Assembly: GCA_044070495.1 (NCBI GenBank) | Contig: JBIPSI010000001.1 | Coordinates: forward strand, 192,001 to 256,000 | Source: Spirulina sp. | GTDB lineage: Bacteria > Cyanobacteriota > Cyanobacteriia > Phormidesmidales > Phormidesmidaceae | Direction of reading: 5' to 3' | Length of the DNA: 64,000 nt | Shown: piece by piece, positions 1 to 10,257 of the stretch | How the letters are laid out: each line of letters begins with the position of its first letter | Position numbering within the stretch: position 1 is the stretch's first letter | Notes under the pieces: generated by a model | Told to the model about the DNA's origin: nothing | Database searches by the model: none | Seen by the model: only the letters and a program-made list of their open reading frames with translations | Translations under genes and position numbers: made by a program

Positions 1-510
1 GCTGGATTTACCCTCTTAGAAAGCCTTGTGGTCGTGACGTTAATCGCCCTGCTGGCGGCCATCGGTCTCCCCAGTTGGCTCGGCTTCCTCGATCAGCGGC
101 GGGTCAACATGACCCAAGATTCGCTTTACCAAGCCCTACGCAGCACCCAATGGGACGCCACAAACCTGCGCCAACAACAGCAATTTAGCCTTCGAGAACG
201 GGACGGTGGACTGGAGTGGGCCAGCCATTCCGCATCAGTTTCATCTATCCAAGTCGCCCACTGGACACCGCTAATTGATGGCGTCACCCTGGCGAGTGAA
301 GACAATACCATGAAGCAGAAAGACGGCGTCTACTACGTCAGGTTTGACCATGAGGGAAATTTAATCAGCCTTCGGGATTTAGGACGCGTTACCGTAGTAG
401 GGGATGGAGGACGATTAAGCCACCGCTGTGTCATTGTCTCAACTTTGATCGGGGCCATGCGTAAGGGACAAGGGCATCACAAAATTCAGGATGAGCGATA
501 CTGCTACTAG
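1..510 (+). CDS. Type IV pilin-like / pseudopilin (FimT/GspH-like) protein, 5' truncated by window edge
   Basis: Frame 1 is open from base 1 and reads AGFTLLESLVVVTLIALLAAIGLP, the prepilin G|FTLxE cleavage/methylation motif plus hydrophobic helix; C-terminal Cys pair. Confidence 0.85.
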   Translation, partial: AGFTLLESLVVVTLIALLAAIGLPSWLGFLDQRRVNMTQDSLYQALRSTQWDATNLRQQQQFSLRERDGGLEWASHSASVSSIQVAHWTPLIDGVTLASEDNTMKQKDGVYYVRFDHEGNLISLRDLGRVTVVGDGGRLSHRCVIVSTLIGAMRKGQGHHKIQDERYCY

Positions 511-544
511 ATCCCATGGCTTAACTGCCGGATATCCTAACAGC

Positions 545-955
545 CTAGTCGCCCTCTGGCAGGGTGGGCGGAGGATCTAGGGTCACGGCATCCACCGTCA
601 CATCCACCGCTGTAATGTCGATGGTGCCAGCTTCCGCTTGACGCTGAAATCCTGTGGCGGTGGCGGTGAGCACGGTGCCGCAGTTGGGGCATTGGGTGGC
701 GGCATCTTTGAGGCCTGTGAGTGGTGTGGTGCAGACGGGGCAGTTGGCCTGAACCAGATTACGTTTGAGCCAAAACTGTAGCCCCACGAAGGCGAAGACG
801 GGGATCAGGAGAATCAACACCACAATTACCGCCAAGGACTTGATCAACCAGCCCAACCCTACGGCCCCCAACAGCCAAATCACGCCCAGCAGGGTGAGCC
901 AACAGCCCAGCCCCGACAGATTAAACTGTATTTGGCGAAATCCGGGTTGGTTCAC
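545..955 (-). CDS. Conserved cyanobacterial membrane protein with zinc-ribbon-like motif
   Basis: Two TM helices followed by CPVC...CPNC; probable GTG start at 955 (ORF track starts 976). Confidence 0.7.
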   Translation of the reverse strand: MNQPGFRQIQFNLSGLGCWLTLLGVIWLLGAVGLGWLIKSLAVIVVLILLIPVFAFVGLQFWLKRNLVQANCPVCTTPLTGLKDAATQCPNCGTVLTATATGFQRQAEAGTIDITAVDVTVDAVTLDPPPTLPEGD

Positions 956-1099
956 GGCACCATCTCTCCATAGCAAACGCCCGATAGCCCAGGGTTGACC
1001 GACCTAGGCGGGACGATCCCGTTTAGGCGACACAACCCTGAGCATAGCCGTGTACGCTAACCGAACCGTCCATCGAGTGGATCTATTGTAGCGCTGGCT

Positions 1100-2239
1100 C
1101 TAGGGACGGCGACTAGGAGGCTGGGACAATGCCGCCGCCAGCCGTTCGCCCAAGACTGGAGCACTAAACTGGGCCAGGGTTTCCGTTCGCAGCCAATCGC
1201 CTTGGCAGCGGGGATCCTGTCCGTTCAGGATCTCAATGCAGGCCGCTGCTACCGCATCCGCATCCCGGTGGGGCACCCGCCAGCCCAACCGCCCATCCTG
1301 CAACGGATCCGCCGAACCATCCTGATCGCCAGAAAGTACAGGTACACCACAGGCCAGAGCTTCCAAATACACAATGCCAAACCCCTCCTGGGAGGGCATC
1401 ACGTAGGCATCGGCAAGGCGATAGTGATCCACCAGTTTTTCCGTGGGCACAAATCCGGCAAACACCACCCGATCCGCCACCCCCAACTCCTGGGCCAGGG
1501 CGGCGAGGCGAGGCTGATCGTCCCCTCGGCCAATCACCAAATACTTCACGGTGGGAAAGGCTTGGGCAATGGTGGGCAGCGCCCGAATGGTGACATCCAC
1601 GCCCTTGTAAATATCCCCCGACCACAGGCGGGCCACGGTCACCAGGACGCGGCAATGCTCTAATCCGTAGGTTGCCACCAGATCCAGATCGGCGGGGCCG
1701 GGGCAAAAGGTATCGCCATCCACTACGCAGGGCACCATCCACACCCGTTGCGGATCGAGCTGATTGGCCGCACAGGCTTGATCTCGGCTGTAGCGGCTAA
1801 TGGCCCAGATTTGATCCGCCCACCGTAAGGCCCGTTGCACCCTGGGCGGCTGAGGATACCAGACCTCCTTGCCGTAGGTAATGACGACGTAGGGCACCCC
1901 CCCCCAGCGGCAAAGGGGAGCCACTAGGGGCAGCAGCAGCACATGGCCACAGATCACCCGCTGGGGGCGATGGCGTACGAGGGTAAAGATCAGGGCCAAC
2001 AATAACCGAAGCCGTCCGACCATGGCCCATGGACTGGCAAAGGGATGAAACCGTAGCGGTCTAGTCTGTCCCTGGGGCACATGCTGAGGCCCGTCGCGCA
2101 GCAAAAAAACGTCGGCCATTGGGGCGTGGGGCCATTGTCCATAGGCGGCAAGCACATCCTTGATGTAGGACTGAATTCCTCCTTCGCAGGAGAAAATCTC
2201 TAGAAAAACAAAAATATTGCGCTGAGGGGCCGATGGCAT
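1100..2239 (-). CDS. Glycosyltransferase family 4
   Basis: GGIQ N-terminal motif, KG, and EGFGIVYLEALACG GT-B signature. Confidence 0.9.
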   Translation of the reverse strand: MPSAPQRNIFVFLEIFSCEGGIQSYIKDVLAAYGQWPHAPMADVFLLRDGPQHVPQGQTRPLRFHPFASPWAMVGRLRLLLALIFTLVRHRPQRVICGHVLLLPLVAPLCRWGGVPYVVITYGKEVWYPQPPRVQRALRWADQIWAISRYSRDQACAANQLDPQRVWMVPCVVDGDTFCPGPADLDLVATYGLEHCRVLVTVARLWSGDIYKGVDVTIRALPTIAQAFPTVKYLVIGRGDDQPRLAALAQELGVADRVVFAGFVPTEKLVDHYRLADAYVMPSQEGFGIVYLEALACGVPVLSGDQDGSADPLQDGRLGWRVPHRDADAVAAACIEILNGQDPRCQGDWLRTETLAQFSAPVLGERLAAALSQPPSRRP

Positions 2240-2273
2240 CGTAGATGGGGCGGACTAGAGGCATGAGGGTCAA

Positions 2274-2720
2274 TTAGCAGGTCGAGCAGGCCCCATACTT
2301 TACGATAGACAAGCAGTTGCGCCCATCCTGTAGACGTTGGTAGGTGACTCGGTCGGCAAGGCGACGCAGCAGAAACCAACCATAGCCCCCATTATCCAGC
2401 AGTTCCCCTGGTTTTGGTTCGGGCAGCAAATCAGGGTTGAAGGGGTTGCCCTGATCCCAAATCCGAATTTCAACGCAGTCGTTCGCGAGATCGAAATCAA
2501 TGTTGATGGCGGTGTCGGGGGGGAGGTGGGCATGGGCGTGGCGGACGGCGTTGGTAAACCCTTCGGTGAGGGCCAACCCTAGGCGATCCCTAGAGTTACT
2601 AACCCAGTCGAAATCGCCTTCTAGGGAACGACAGACTTCGTTAAACCAGCGCTGCACCTGAAAGACTAGGTCGATCTGGCTGGTTACCCTAAGCCGTTCT
2701 TTCCGTACCGTCTTGACCAT
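2274..2720 (-). CDS. RsbW/SpoIIAB-like anti-sigma factor Ser/Thr kinase (HATPase_c_2)
   Basis: N box TEGFTNAVRH, G1 IWDQG, G2 GGYGWFL; 148 aa stand-alone ATPase domain. Confidence 0.85.
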   Translation of the reverse strand: MVKTVRKERLRVTSQIDLVFQVQRWFNEVCRSLEGDFDWVSNSRDRLGLALTEGFTNAVRHAHAHLPPDTAINIDFDLANDCVEIRIWDQGNPFNPDLLPEPKPGELLDNGGYGWFLLRRLADRVTYQRLQDGRNCLSIVKYGACSTC

Positions 2721-2788
2721 CTTCCAACTGTCCTAACGACGTGAGATCAGCAAGCCAAACGCGTCTGTGCACCCGATCTTTAAAGTTT

Positions 2789-2802
2789 GTAGTTTTCTAT
2801 AC
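2789..2802. promoter_or_regulatory. Possible NtcA box upstream of the anti-sigma gene
   Basis: GTA-GTTTTCTA-TAC matches GTA-N8-TAC about 70 bp upstream of the start; no -10 at the canonical 22-23 nt spacing. Confidence 0.3.
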
Positions 2803-2839
2803 TCTCTATGATAAGTTTACCGAAAAAACATTCCCCAAC

Positions 2840-2877
2840 AAAAAACTTGCGTAAAACTAAATAGTTCTACGCAAGTT
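2840..2877 (-). terminator. Intrinsic terminator of petBD
   Basis: Inverted repeat AACTTGCGTA...TACGCAAGTT with adjacent A-run (U-tail on minus strand). Confidence 0.65.
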
Positions 2878-2922
2878 GAGAGGATGTCAGGAACTCCTGA
2901 GATCCGTCATTGCACGGAAGCC

Positions 2923-3405
2923 TTAGAACAGGCCCAGGGTTAGGGATTCCTGGATGGGGAAGGTGGCTCCAATGCCCAGCCATAGGGTCACAGCTGTGCC
3001 AAACAGGAACAGGGTAGTGGCCACGGGGCGGCGGAAGGGGTTTTGGAACTTGTTGACGCTCTCGATGAAGGGCACCAGCATTAGCCCCAGGGGGATGGCA
3101 GTCATGGCACCGATACCCAGCAGCTTGTTGGGCACAATCCGCAGGATCTGGAAGGTGGGGTACAGGTACCACTCCGGCAGAATTTCCAGGGGAGTGGCGA
3201 AGGGATCAGCGGGTTCACCCACCAGGGCGGGATCGAGCACTGCTAGGGCCACGCAACAGGCGATGGAGCCTAGAATAACCACGGGGAAGATGTAGAGCAG
3301 GTCGTTGGGCCAAGCAGGCTCGCCGTAGTAGTTGTGGCCCATGCCTTGCTTGAGCATTTCTCTGAGCTTGGGATCGCTAAGATCCGGCTTCTTAAGGGTT
3401 GCCAT
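2923..3405 (-). CDS. petD: Cytochrome b6f complex subunit IV
   Basis: [18 protein letters not shown] and PEWY motifs; 160 aa. Confidence 0.99.
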   Translation of the reverse strand: MATLKKPDLSDPKLREMLKQGMGHNYYGEPAWPNDLLYIFPVVILGSIACCVALAVLDPALVGEPADPFATPLEILPEWYLYPTFQILRIVPNKLLGIGAMTAIPLGLMLVPFIESVNKFQNPFRRPVATTLFLFGTAVTLWLGIGATFPIQESLTLGLF

Positions 3406-3580
3406 TCAAATGTTCTCCTCTTAAACAAAGTAGGTGAGGCCATGCCTCAACAAATTCGGTGAGGCCATGCCCCAGCAAACACAACGGGGAGTTGCCCCTA
3501 ATCTGAATCTAAACAGAATGGGATGAGTTGACCAATTCTAGGGTGCCTCATCCCGATTCCCACGATTCCGTAGACCTCGT

Positions 3581-4249
3581 TTACAAAGGCCCGGAGATGC
3601 CTTGCTTGCGGATCATCAGGAAGTGCATCAGCATGAACACGGCAATCGCCCAGGGCAGAACGAAGGTGTGTAGGCTGTAGAAACGGGTCAGGGTCGCTTG
3701 ACCAACGGCCTCGCCGCCGCGCATCAGTTCCACCACGGTGCCGCCCACCACAGGGATAGCGCCAGGAACGCCGGACACAATTTTCACGGCCCAGTATCCC
3801 ACTTGATCCCAGGGCAGGGAGTAGCCCGTTACACCGAAGGTTACGGTGATCACGGCCAGGATCACGCCCGTCACCCAGGTGAGTTCGCGGGGCTTTTTGA
3901 AGCCGCCCGTTAGGTACACACGGAAGACGTGGAGGATCATCATCAGCACCATCATGCTGGCGGACCAGCGGTGGATAGACCGAATCAACCAACCGAAGTT
4001 GACATCGGTCATCAGGTACTGAACCGAGTTAAACGCTTCCGTTACCGTGGGTTTGTAGTAAAACGTCATGGCGAACCCAGTGGCGAACTGGATCAGGAAG
4101 CAGGTGAGGGTAATGCCGCCTAGACAGTAGAAGATGTTGACGTGGGGAGGCACGTACTTGCTGGAGATGTCGTCGGCCAGGGCCTGAATTTCCAGCCGCT
4201 CATTGAACCACTGATAGGCCTTAGAGTCGGTAACTTGCTTGGTAAACAT
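3581..4249 (-). CDS. petB: Cytochrome b6
   Basis: MFTKQVTDS start, heme His ligands (IHRW, LHVF, LHTF, MHFL), ends RKQGISGPL; 222 aa. Confidence 0.99.
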   Translation of the reverse strand: MFTKQVTDSKAYQWFNERLEIQALADDISSKYVPPHVNIFYCLGGITLTCFLIQFATGFAMTFYYKPTVTEAFNSVQYLMTDVNFGWLIRSIHRWSASMMVLMMILHVFRVYLTGGFKKPRELTWVTGVILAVITVTFGVTGYSLPWDQVGYWAVKIVSGVPGAIPVVGGTVVELMRGGEAVGQATLTRFYSLHTFVLPWAIAVFMLMHFLMIRKQGISGPL

Positions 4250-4708
4250 GAAGCGGGAAACTCTATATATCAATAATTGCCATCAATGAAAAATGTAACA
4301 TAGCCGTAACGGCAGAACGATCCTGAGCTGTCGCCGTTTTGGCCCATGCCTCCAACGATGACGTTGCCTTGATCTCCCCAAAATGGCTTAAATTGGCGCT
4401 TTCGCCCCATTTCAGATGAGAGGCTATTCATGGTTTTGTAATATTTCGTTACATTCTCTCTCAGAGGCTTAATCCAAAAGCCCTAGGCGGGTTGCCGTGG
4501 AATCGGTCAATATGAACAATGGGATGCGCCTTAGGTACGGTAAAACCAACCTAGGGCGTTTCCCTGTCACTCGGTTACCTCATAGATATAGATCTCGGCC
4601 ATGCCTCTACGGCTAGTCTGGGGGCGAGGGCCAAGCTCGGTCTGGGGAAGCCTTCTCTATGTAAATGCGATTACCCTGTGACAATTCTGTTCGTGGTTTG
4701 CGAGGACT

Positions 4709-5950
4709 ATGAGATCACTGCTGCGGTTGTTGGTGTTGGGACTGTGTATCGCTGGGTTGGTGTTTGGGGCCGTGGGCGCAAGGCCCGCCTTTGCCCTGAC
4801 CTCGGATCAGGATTTGGTGGCGGAGGTGTGGCGCATCGTCAACCGCGCCTACGTAGATGAGACCTTTAATCACCAAAACTGGTGGTTCATTCGTCAGCGG
4901 GCACTGAAACGCAACTTTGCCACCCACGAAGACGCCTACGACGCCATCCGCGAGATGCTGGCCAATTTGGATGATCCCTACACCCGCTTGCTACCGCCGG
5001 ATCAGTACCACAGTTTGCAAACTAACACCGCTGGAGAACTGACCGGGGTAGGGCTTCAGATTACTAAAGACGATGATCCGGGCTGGCTGCGGGTGATTGC
5101 CCCCATTGAAGGCTCCCCCGCCGAACAGGTGGGGCTACAGCCGAAGGATTTGATCCTCTCCATCGACGGCACCGCCACGACGGATCTGTCCCTGGATGAA
5201 GCGGCGGCCAAAATGCGCGGGCTGCGCGGCACCAGCGTGACCCTAGAGGTCAAAAGCGACCAGGAAACCACCTCCCGCAACGTGATGCTGACCCGTGACG
5301 TGATTACTCTCAACCCGGTCTATGCCCAAATGGATATGACTCCGGGCGGACAGTTGGTGGGTTATATGCGCCTTAGCCAGTTCAACGGCAATGCGGCGGA
5401 AAGTGTGGCCGGGGCCATCCGCGACCTGACTGACCAGGGGGCCGAGGGCTTTATTTTGGATTTGCGCAACAACCCCGGTGGGCTGCTCCAGGCGGGGATT
5501 GAAATTGCGCGGCTGTGGCTGCCCCAGGGCACCATTGTCTACACCGTCAACCGTCAGGGCATTTTAGACAGCTTTGAAGCCTTTGGCCATGCCCTCACCG
5601 ATGCGCCCTTGGTCGTCCTCGTGAACGAAGGCACCGCCAGCGCCAGTGAAATTTTGGCTGGAGCTTTGCAAGACAATGGCCGCGCCAAACTGGTGGGTAG
5701 CACCACCTTCGGCAAGGGGCTGATTCAATCCCTGTTTGACCTACCCGATGGGGCGGGTCTGGCGGTGACCGTGGCCAAGTACGAAACCCCCGACCACCAC
5801 GACATCAACCGCCTCGGCATTACCCCCGACCGCATGGTCAAAAGTGTGTCCCTCACCCGCGACACCATCGCCACCGAGGCCGACCCCCAATACCAGGCAG
5901 CCCTGGAGATGCTGAGCCAGTCGCCTGTAGTGGTGGCAGAAATACCCTAG
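4709..5950 (+). CDS. ctpA: Carboxyl-terminal processing protease (S41, D1-processing type)
   Basis: Signal peptide, PDZ, DLRNNPGG, TASASEI (catalytic Ser), TFGKG (Lys); divergent from petB. Confidence 0.9.
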   Translation: MRSLLRLLVLGLCIAGLVFGAVGARPAFALTSDQDLVAEVWRIVNRAYVDETFNHQNWWFIRQRALKRNFATHEDAYDAIREMLANLDDPYTRLLPPDQYHSLQTNTAGELTGVGLQITKDDDPGWLRVIAPIEGSPAEQVGLQPKDLILSIDGTATTDLSLDEAAAKMRGLRGTSVTLEVKSDQETTSRNVMLTRDVITLNPVYAQMDMTPGGQLVGYMRLSQFNGNAAESVAGAIRDLTDQGAEGFILDLRNNPGGLLQAGIEIARLWLPQGTIVYTVNRQGILDSFEAFGHALTDAPLVVLVNEGTASASEILAGALQDNGRAKLVGSTTFGKGLIQSLFDLPDGAGLAVTVAKYETPDHHDINRLGITPDRMVKSVSLTRDTIATEADPQYQAALEMLSQSPVVVAEIP

Positions 5951-6104
5951 GGATCGGTTCTACGATGTCCGAGATTTCCCCCTCCTCGGATTCATCGCCC
6001 CATCCCGCCCTGGAGTAACCTGTAATGAGCTTGTCGAATCCACCGACCCACTGTGGTGGCCCTCGAAGCTATTTACTCGAAGCTATTTATCTGTTGTGCC
6101 AAGC

Positions 6105-6235
6105 CTGATTGACTGACAAAAGATTCTGCACCGGGTGCGGCAACCGCGCCTCTACAGCCTTTAGATCATTTGGGGGTCAGTTTCTCCTGCCCCTTTAACC
6201 CATCTAGGTTCTGGCAGGTTTCGTCAGTCAACCCG
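6105..6235. mobile_element. MITE family A copy (~130 bp, TIR CTGGTTGACTGACAAAA)
   Basis: CTGATTGACTGACAAAA...TTTCGTCAGTCAACCCG; colinear with copies at 50774-50903 and 51926-52050. Confidence 0.8.
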
Positions 6236-6275
6236 TTTCAGCCCTCACCCTGGGAAAGGGCTGACAATAAGCTTG

Positions 6276-7508
6276 CTATGGCTGAGTGGGCATGTTGCCG
6301 GGGCGAACGTTGAAGGTTTGTTCCCGACCATCACGGCGCAGGGTGAGGGCAATATTCTGACCCACGGTGGATTGTTCGACCACCCGCTGCACCTCGGCCC
6401 CGTCCTTCACGGGTTGGCCTTCAATGGCGGTGATCACATCCCCGGCCCGCAGCCCGCCCTGGGCCGCCGGGGAGTTGGGCATCACCCGCGCAATCAATAC
6501 ACCCTCTTCCTCTTGGACGGTAAAGGGACTGTTGGGGTCGCTGTTGATGTTCTCCTTCATTTCGGGGGAAAGGGTGACCATTTGGATGCCGAGGTAGGCG
6601 TGTTCCACCCGTCCGGTTTCAATCAACTGGCTGCTAATGCGCTGCACGGTGTTGATGGGGATGGCAAAACCCAAGCCCTGGGCACCCTGAATGATGGCGG
6701 TGTTGACGCCGATCACCTCGCCATTGAGGTTAAGCAGGGGGCCACCGGAGTTACCGGGGTTGATGGCGGCGTCGGTTTGGATGAAGTCTACCCGCTTATC
6801 GGGAACGCCTACTTCGCGGCTAGTGCGGCCCGTGGCGCTGATGATGCCTGCGGTGACGGTGCTATCGAGGCCGAGAGGGTTACCAATGGCGATGGCCCAT
6901 TCCCCCGGTTGGATCTGGTCGGAATTGCTGATTTTAACCGTCGGCAAATCCTGGGCATCAATCTTAATCACGGCAATGTCGGTGACGGAATCGGCCCCCA
7001 CCACTTCGCCGGTGAAGGTGCGGCCATCCTTAAGGGTCACTTGCACCCGGTCGGCCCCTTCCACCACGTGGGCATTGGTGACAATTTGGCCGTCCGCCGT
7101 GGTGATGAAGCCCGACCCCACCCCTTGCTGAATCTGCTCGGAGGGCGGCATGGCATTGCCAAAGAACTGACGGAAAAAGGGATCTTGAAACTGGGGCGGC
7201 AGCCCCGTCTGCACCGTGCGAGAGGCATCAATGCGCACCACCGACGGCCCCACTTCCTTCACAATGTCGGCAATCAGATTGGGGTTAGAAATGGAGGGGG
7301 CAGGGATGCCACTGCGTTGGGCCAGTTGGGGAGCGTCGGACTCAGCCTGGTTGGGGAAGGCCACGGCGGGCCGCTGAACCAGAGACCCGATAGTCGCGAC
7401 AGCTTCGGGGCCAACGGTGGCCACCCCGGCACCAAACAAAACCAGCGCCATGGATTTGGCGACGGTGCCCATGGGACGGTTGGATCGCTCTGATTCAGAC
7501 TTAGTCAT
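6276..7508 (-). CDS. HtrA/HhoA/HhoB family serine protease with PDZ domain
   Basis: TNAHVV, DIAV, GNSGGPL triad motifs and C-terminal PDZ. Confidence 0.95.
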   Translation of the reverse strand: MTKSESERSNRPMGTVAKSMALVLFGAGVATVGPEAVATIGSLVQRPAVAFPNQAESDAPQLAQRSGIPAPSISNPNLIADIVKEVGPSVVRIDASRTVQTGLPPQFQDPFFRQFFGNAMPPSEQIQQGVGSGFITTADGQIVTNAHVVEGADRVQVTLKDGRTFTGEVVGADSVTDIAVIKIDAQDLPTVKISNSDQIQPGEWAIAIGNPLGLDSTVTAGIISATGRTSREVGVPDKRVDFIQTDAAINPGNSGGPLLNLNGEVIGVNTAIIQGAQGLGFAIPINTVQRISSQLIETGRVEHAYLGIQMVTLSPEMKENINSDPNSPFTVQEEEGVLIARVMPNSPAAQGGLRAGDVITAIEGQPVKDGAEVQRVVEQSTVGQNIALTLRRDGREQTFNVRPGNMPTQP

Positions 7509-7904
7509 GGCAAGTACCTCAAGACGTTCTTACGGTGGATTGTCTTTACAGTAGGTTGATCATATTGCAAGCCCATAGCGGCAGCATGGCAATGCTGTGA
7601 CAGTTTGCCACCCTTACTCCAGATAGGTAGGGGCCACCGCCCACCGAAGTGCGGTCACCCGAAAATCTCTCCCACTGTAGAGTGGGCACCACCCTACAGT
7701 GGTTCTGGGGTTCACTGCAGACATCTTTGCGGTGCTGCCATCAGCCCCAAATAACCACTTGGTTGTCATCGTCAATTTTGTAGCGTAGACAACGATCACC
7801 CATGAGAATACGATACTCAACCTCCATCCCCTTAAGCTTCAGAGCACCAGGCGAGCGAGGCTCGCCAGAATTTGCTATCACACCACCCAACCGACCAGTG
7901 GGCC

Positions 7905-8309
7905 CTAGGGAATAATCAATACTGGGCAGGGGGAGAGGTTGATGACACGGGTGGTAACGCTTTCGGCCTGGATGTCTTCGATCAGGCCCACGCCGCGACA
8001 GCCCATCACAATTAGGTCGGCATTGAGTTCGTCGGCCACATCGCAAATCACAAAGGCGGGCTGGCCTTGGCGTTCAATCGCTTCAGCGTCGATGCCCTGC
8101 TGGGCAAACACATCCTTGGCCTGACCCAGCAGCGCCGCGACGGCCTCCGGGGAGGTCTGCTGATCGCCAGGGGCATCGGGGGCGGCGGGTTCTACCACCG
8201 AGAGCAGCACCAGGCGGCTTTGGTGGAACTTCACTAGTTCGGCCACCTTGGGAGACGCTTGCTGCGCCTCAGAACTCATGTCGATGGGGAAGAGAACGAT
8301 CTTAAACAT
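7905..8309 (-). CDS. Universal stress protein
   Basis: MFKIVLFPID start, ADLIVMGCRG, SVTTRVINLSPCPVLII. Confidence 0.92.
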   Translation of the reverse strand: MFKIVLFPIDMSSEAQQASPKVAELVKFHQSRLVLLSVVEPAAPDAPGDQQTSPEAVAALLGQAKDVFAQQGIDAEAIERQGQPAFVICDVADELNADLIVMGCRGVGLIEDIQAESVTTRVINLSPCPVLIIP

Positions 8310-8519
8310 GGCCAATCCCTAGGGCAGAATCAAAAGGGAACTCGGACTCCGGTAGAATAATGGCGTCGATTAGGTAAATATTACGACAGACACCGGAGGT
8401 TGGTTAGGCGGTACTAGCCTGCTCAGTTCTACCTTAGACAAGGTTTAACCTGCTTTAGCCAACCCGCTGCATAACGTAATAAACAAAAGACTTAAGCCGT
8501 TTTTGGGAGGTTTCTCGTT

Positions 8520-9725
8520 ATGGTCAAAAAATCTGTGGCCAGTTTGACCGCCGCCGATCTCGAAGGGAAGCGGGTGTTGGTACGGGCGGATTTCAACGTC
8601 CCCCTGGATGACCAAGGTGCCATCACCGACGACACCCGCATTCGGGCCGCCCTGCCCACCATCCAAGACCTGACGGGCAAAGGGGCCAAGGTGATTTTGA
8701 CCAGCCACTTTGGTCGTCCCAAGGCCCAGGTGGTCGAAAGTATGCGCCTTACCCCCGTGGCCAAGCGCCTGGGTGAACTGCTGGGCCAAGACGTGATCAA
8801 GTGCGACGACTGCATCGGTGACGCCGTGGCTGCCGCCGTCAACGGTATGAGCAACGGCCAAGTGGCCTTGCTAGAAAACGTGCGTTTCTACGCCGGAGAA
8901 GAGGCTAACGATCCCGAATTCGCCAAAGCCCTCGCCGCCAACGCGGATCTCTACGTGAACGATGCCTTTGGCACCGCCCACCGCGCCCACGCCTCCACCG
9001 AAGGCGTGACCAAGTACCTCAGTCCCTCTGTGGCTGGGTATTTGATCGAAAAAGAACTGCAATACCTGCAAGCCGCCATCGAAAACCCCCAGCGTCCCCT
9101 GGCGGCGATCATCGGTGGTTCTAAGGTGTCCAGCAAAATCGGCGTAATCGAAACCCTGCTGGATAAGGTAGACAAGCTGCTGATCGGCGGCGGCATGATC
9201 TTCACCTTCTACAAAGCTCGCGGCCTCAGCGTCGGCGGTTCCCTCGTAGAAGAGGACAAGCTGGAACTGGCCAAGGCCCTAGAAGCCAAGGCCAAGGAAA
9301 AGGGCGTTGACCTGCTGCTGCCCACCGATGTGGTGGTGGCCGACAAGTTTGCCCCCGATGCCAACGCCCAAACCGTCAGTGTCGAGGCCATCCCCGATGG
9401 CTGGATGGGTCTGGATATTGGCCCCGACGCCATCAAGGTGTTCCAAGACGCCCTGAAGCAGTGCAAGTCGGTAATCTGGAACGGCCCCATGGGCGTGTTC
9501 GAGTTCGATAAGTTTGCGGCGGGCACCGAAGCCATCGCCCACACCCTAGCCGAACTCACCCCCCAAGGTGTCACCACCATCATCGGCGGCGGCGACTCCG
9601 TGGCGGCGGTGGAAAAAGTGGGCGTGGCCGAGCAAATGAGCCACATCTCCACCGGCGGCGGCGCAAGCCTAGAACTGCTGGAAGGCAAGGAACTCCCCGG
9701 TATCGCTGCGCTAGATGAAGCCTAG
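8520..9725 (+). CDS. pgk: Phosphoglycerate kinase
   Basis: [43 protein letters not shown]. Confidence 0.99.
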   Translation: MVKKSVASLTAADLEGKRVLVRADFNVPLDDQGAITDDTRIRAALPTIQDLTGKGAKVILTSHFGRPKAQVVESMRLTPVAKRLGELLGQDVIKCDDCIGDAVAAAVNGMSNGQVALLENVRFYAGEEANDPEFAKALAANADLYVNDAFGTAHRAHASTEGVTKYLSPSVAGYLIEKELQYLQAAIENPQRPLAAIIGGSKVSSKIGVIETLLDKVDKLLIGGGMIFTFYKARGLSVGGSLVEEDKLELAKALEAKAKEKGVDLLLPTDVVVADKFAPDANAQTVSVEAIPDGWMGLDIGPDAIKVFQDALKQCKSVIWNGPMGVFEFDKFAAGTEAIAHTLAELTPQGVTTIIGGGDSVAAVEKVGVAEQMSHISTGGGASLELLEGKELPGIAALDEA

Positions 9726-9736
9726 TTCTTAGCCTG

Positions 9737-9769
9737 AGAAGCCCGGTTTCCTCAAGCAAACGGGCTTCT
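9737..9769 (+). terminator. Hairpin after pgk (AGAAACCCGGTTTCT-type repeat)
   Basis: AGAAGCCCG...CGGGCTTCT inverted repeat 12 bp after the stop. Confidence 0.55.
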
Positions 9770-9873
9770 GGGTTTACAGATGAAACCCTGGAATCTAACT
9801 GATTCTAGGGTTTTGTTTTGCGCTGCCGATAACGCCAGGTTAGCGACCGTCTACCAGCTACAGCTTCCTCTAA

Positions 9874-10003
9874 GAGGGCGTTTGAAAAGGGTGGCCTCAG
9901 GTGCGTTTGATCGTTAAATCGGTGTAAATCTACAGAATTTTGACGGCTGAGGCTGACCTTATCGGTATGGCTTGGGATCCACTTCGGCTTTTCCAATCTC
10001 CTC
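9874..10003. mobile_element. MITE family B copy (130 bp, IS5/IS1031-like ends, TAA target duplication)
   Basis: TAA|GAGGGCGTTTGAAAAG...CTTTTCCAATCTCCTC|TAA; colinear with 50625-50755. Confidence 0.85.
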
Positions 10004-10257
10004 TAAGTAGGGTTTACTGAAAAAATCAGCGCAGGCTGGATAGCGCTTTTTGATTAGCCCATCGCCGCTCGCCCATCACCGCCTACCAGCGAGCCCTCTT
10101 AACCGCTAGCTTGGCCCCAAACTCAACTCAACTGAAGTTACGGCTTTGCCACGCACGATGGGGCGAACGTGGGGTTGAGTAAGACTGGCAATAAAGAAGG
10201 GCGAGGTCTCCTCGCCCTTACCGGTAGACGGATTGTGTTGGGAACCGGGCCTTGGCA

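Noticed and set aside
4437..4453. NtcA-like site between petB and ctpA (TGTAA-N7-TTACA)
   Set aside because: Spacing is GTA-N9-TAC, not N8; cannot be assigned to a regulator.
6273..7493. 406-aa plus-strand ORF
   Set aside because: Antisense shadow of the HtrA-family protease; no recognisable motifs. The same applies to other long antisense ORFs such as 10783-11631, 25312-26178, 41734-42579, 44039-44749 and 54015-54740.
9805..9996. Small ORF with a similar partner at 50592-50885
   Set aside because: The similarity comes from the shared MITE family B sequence, not from a protein family.
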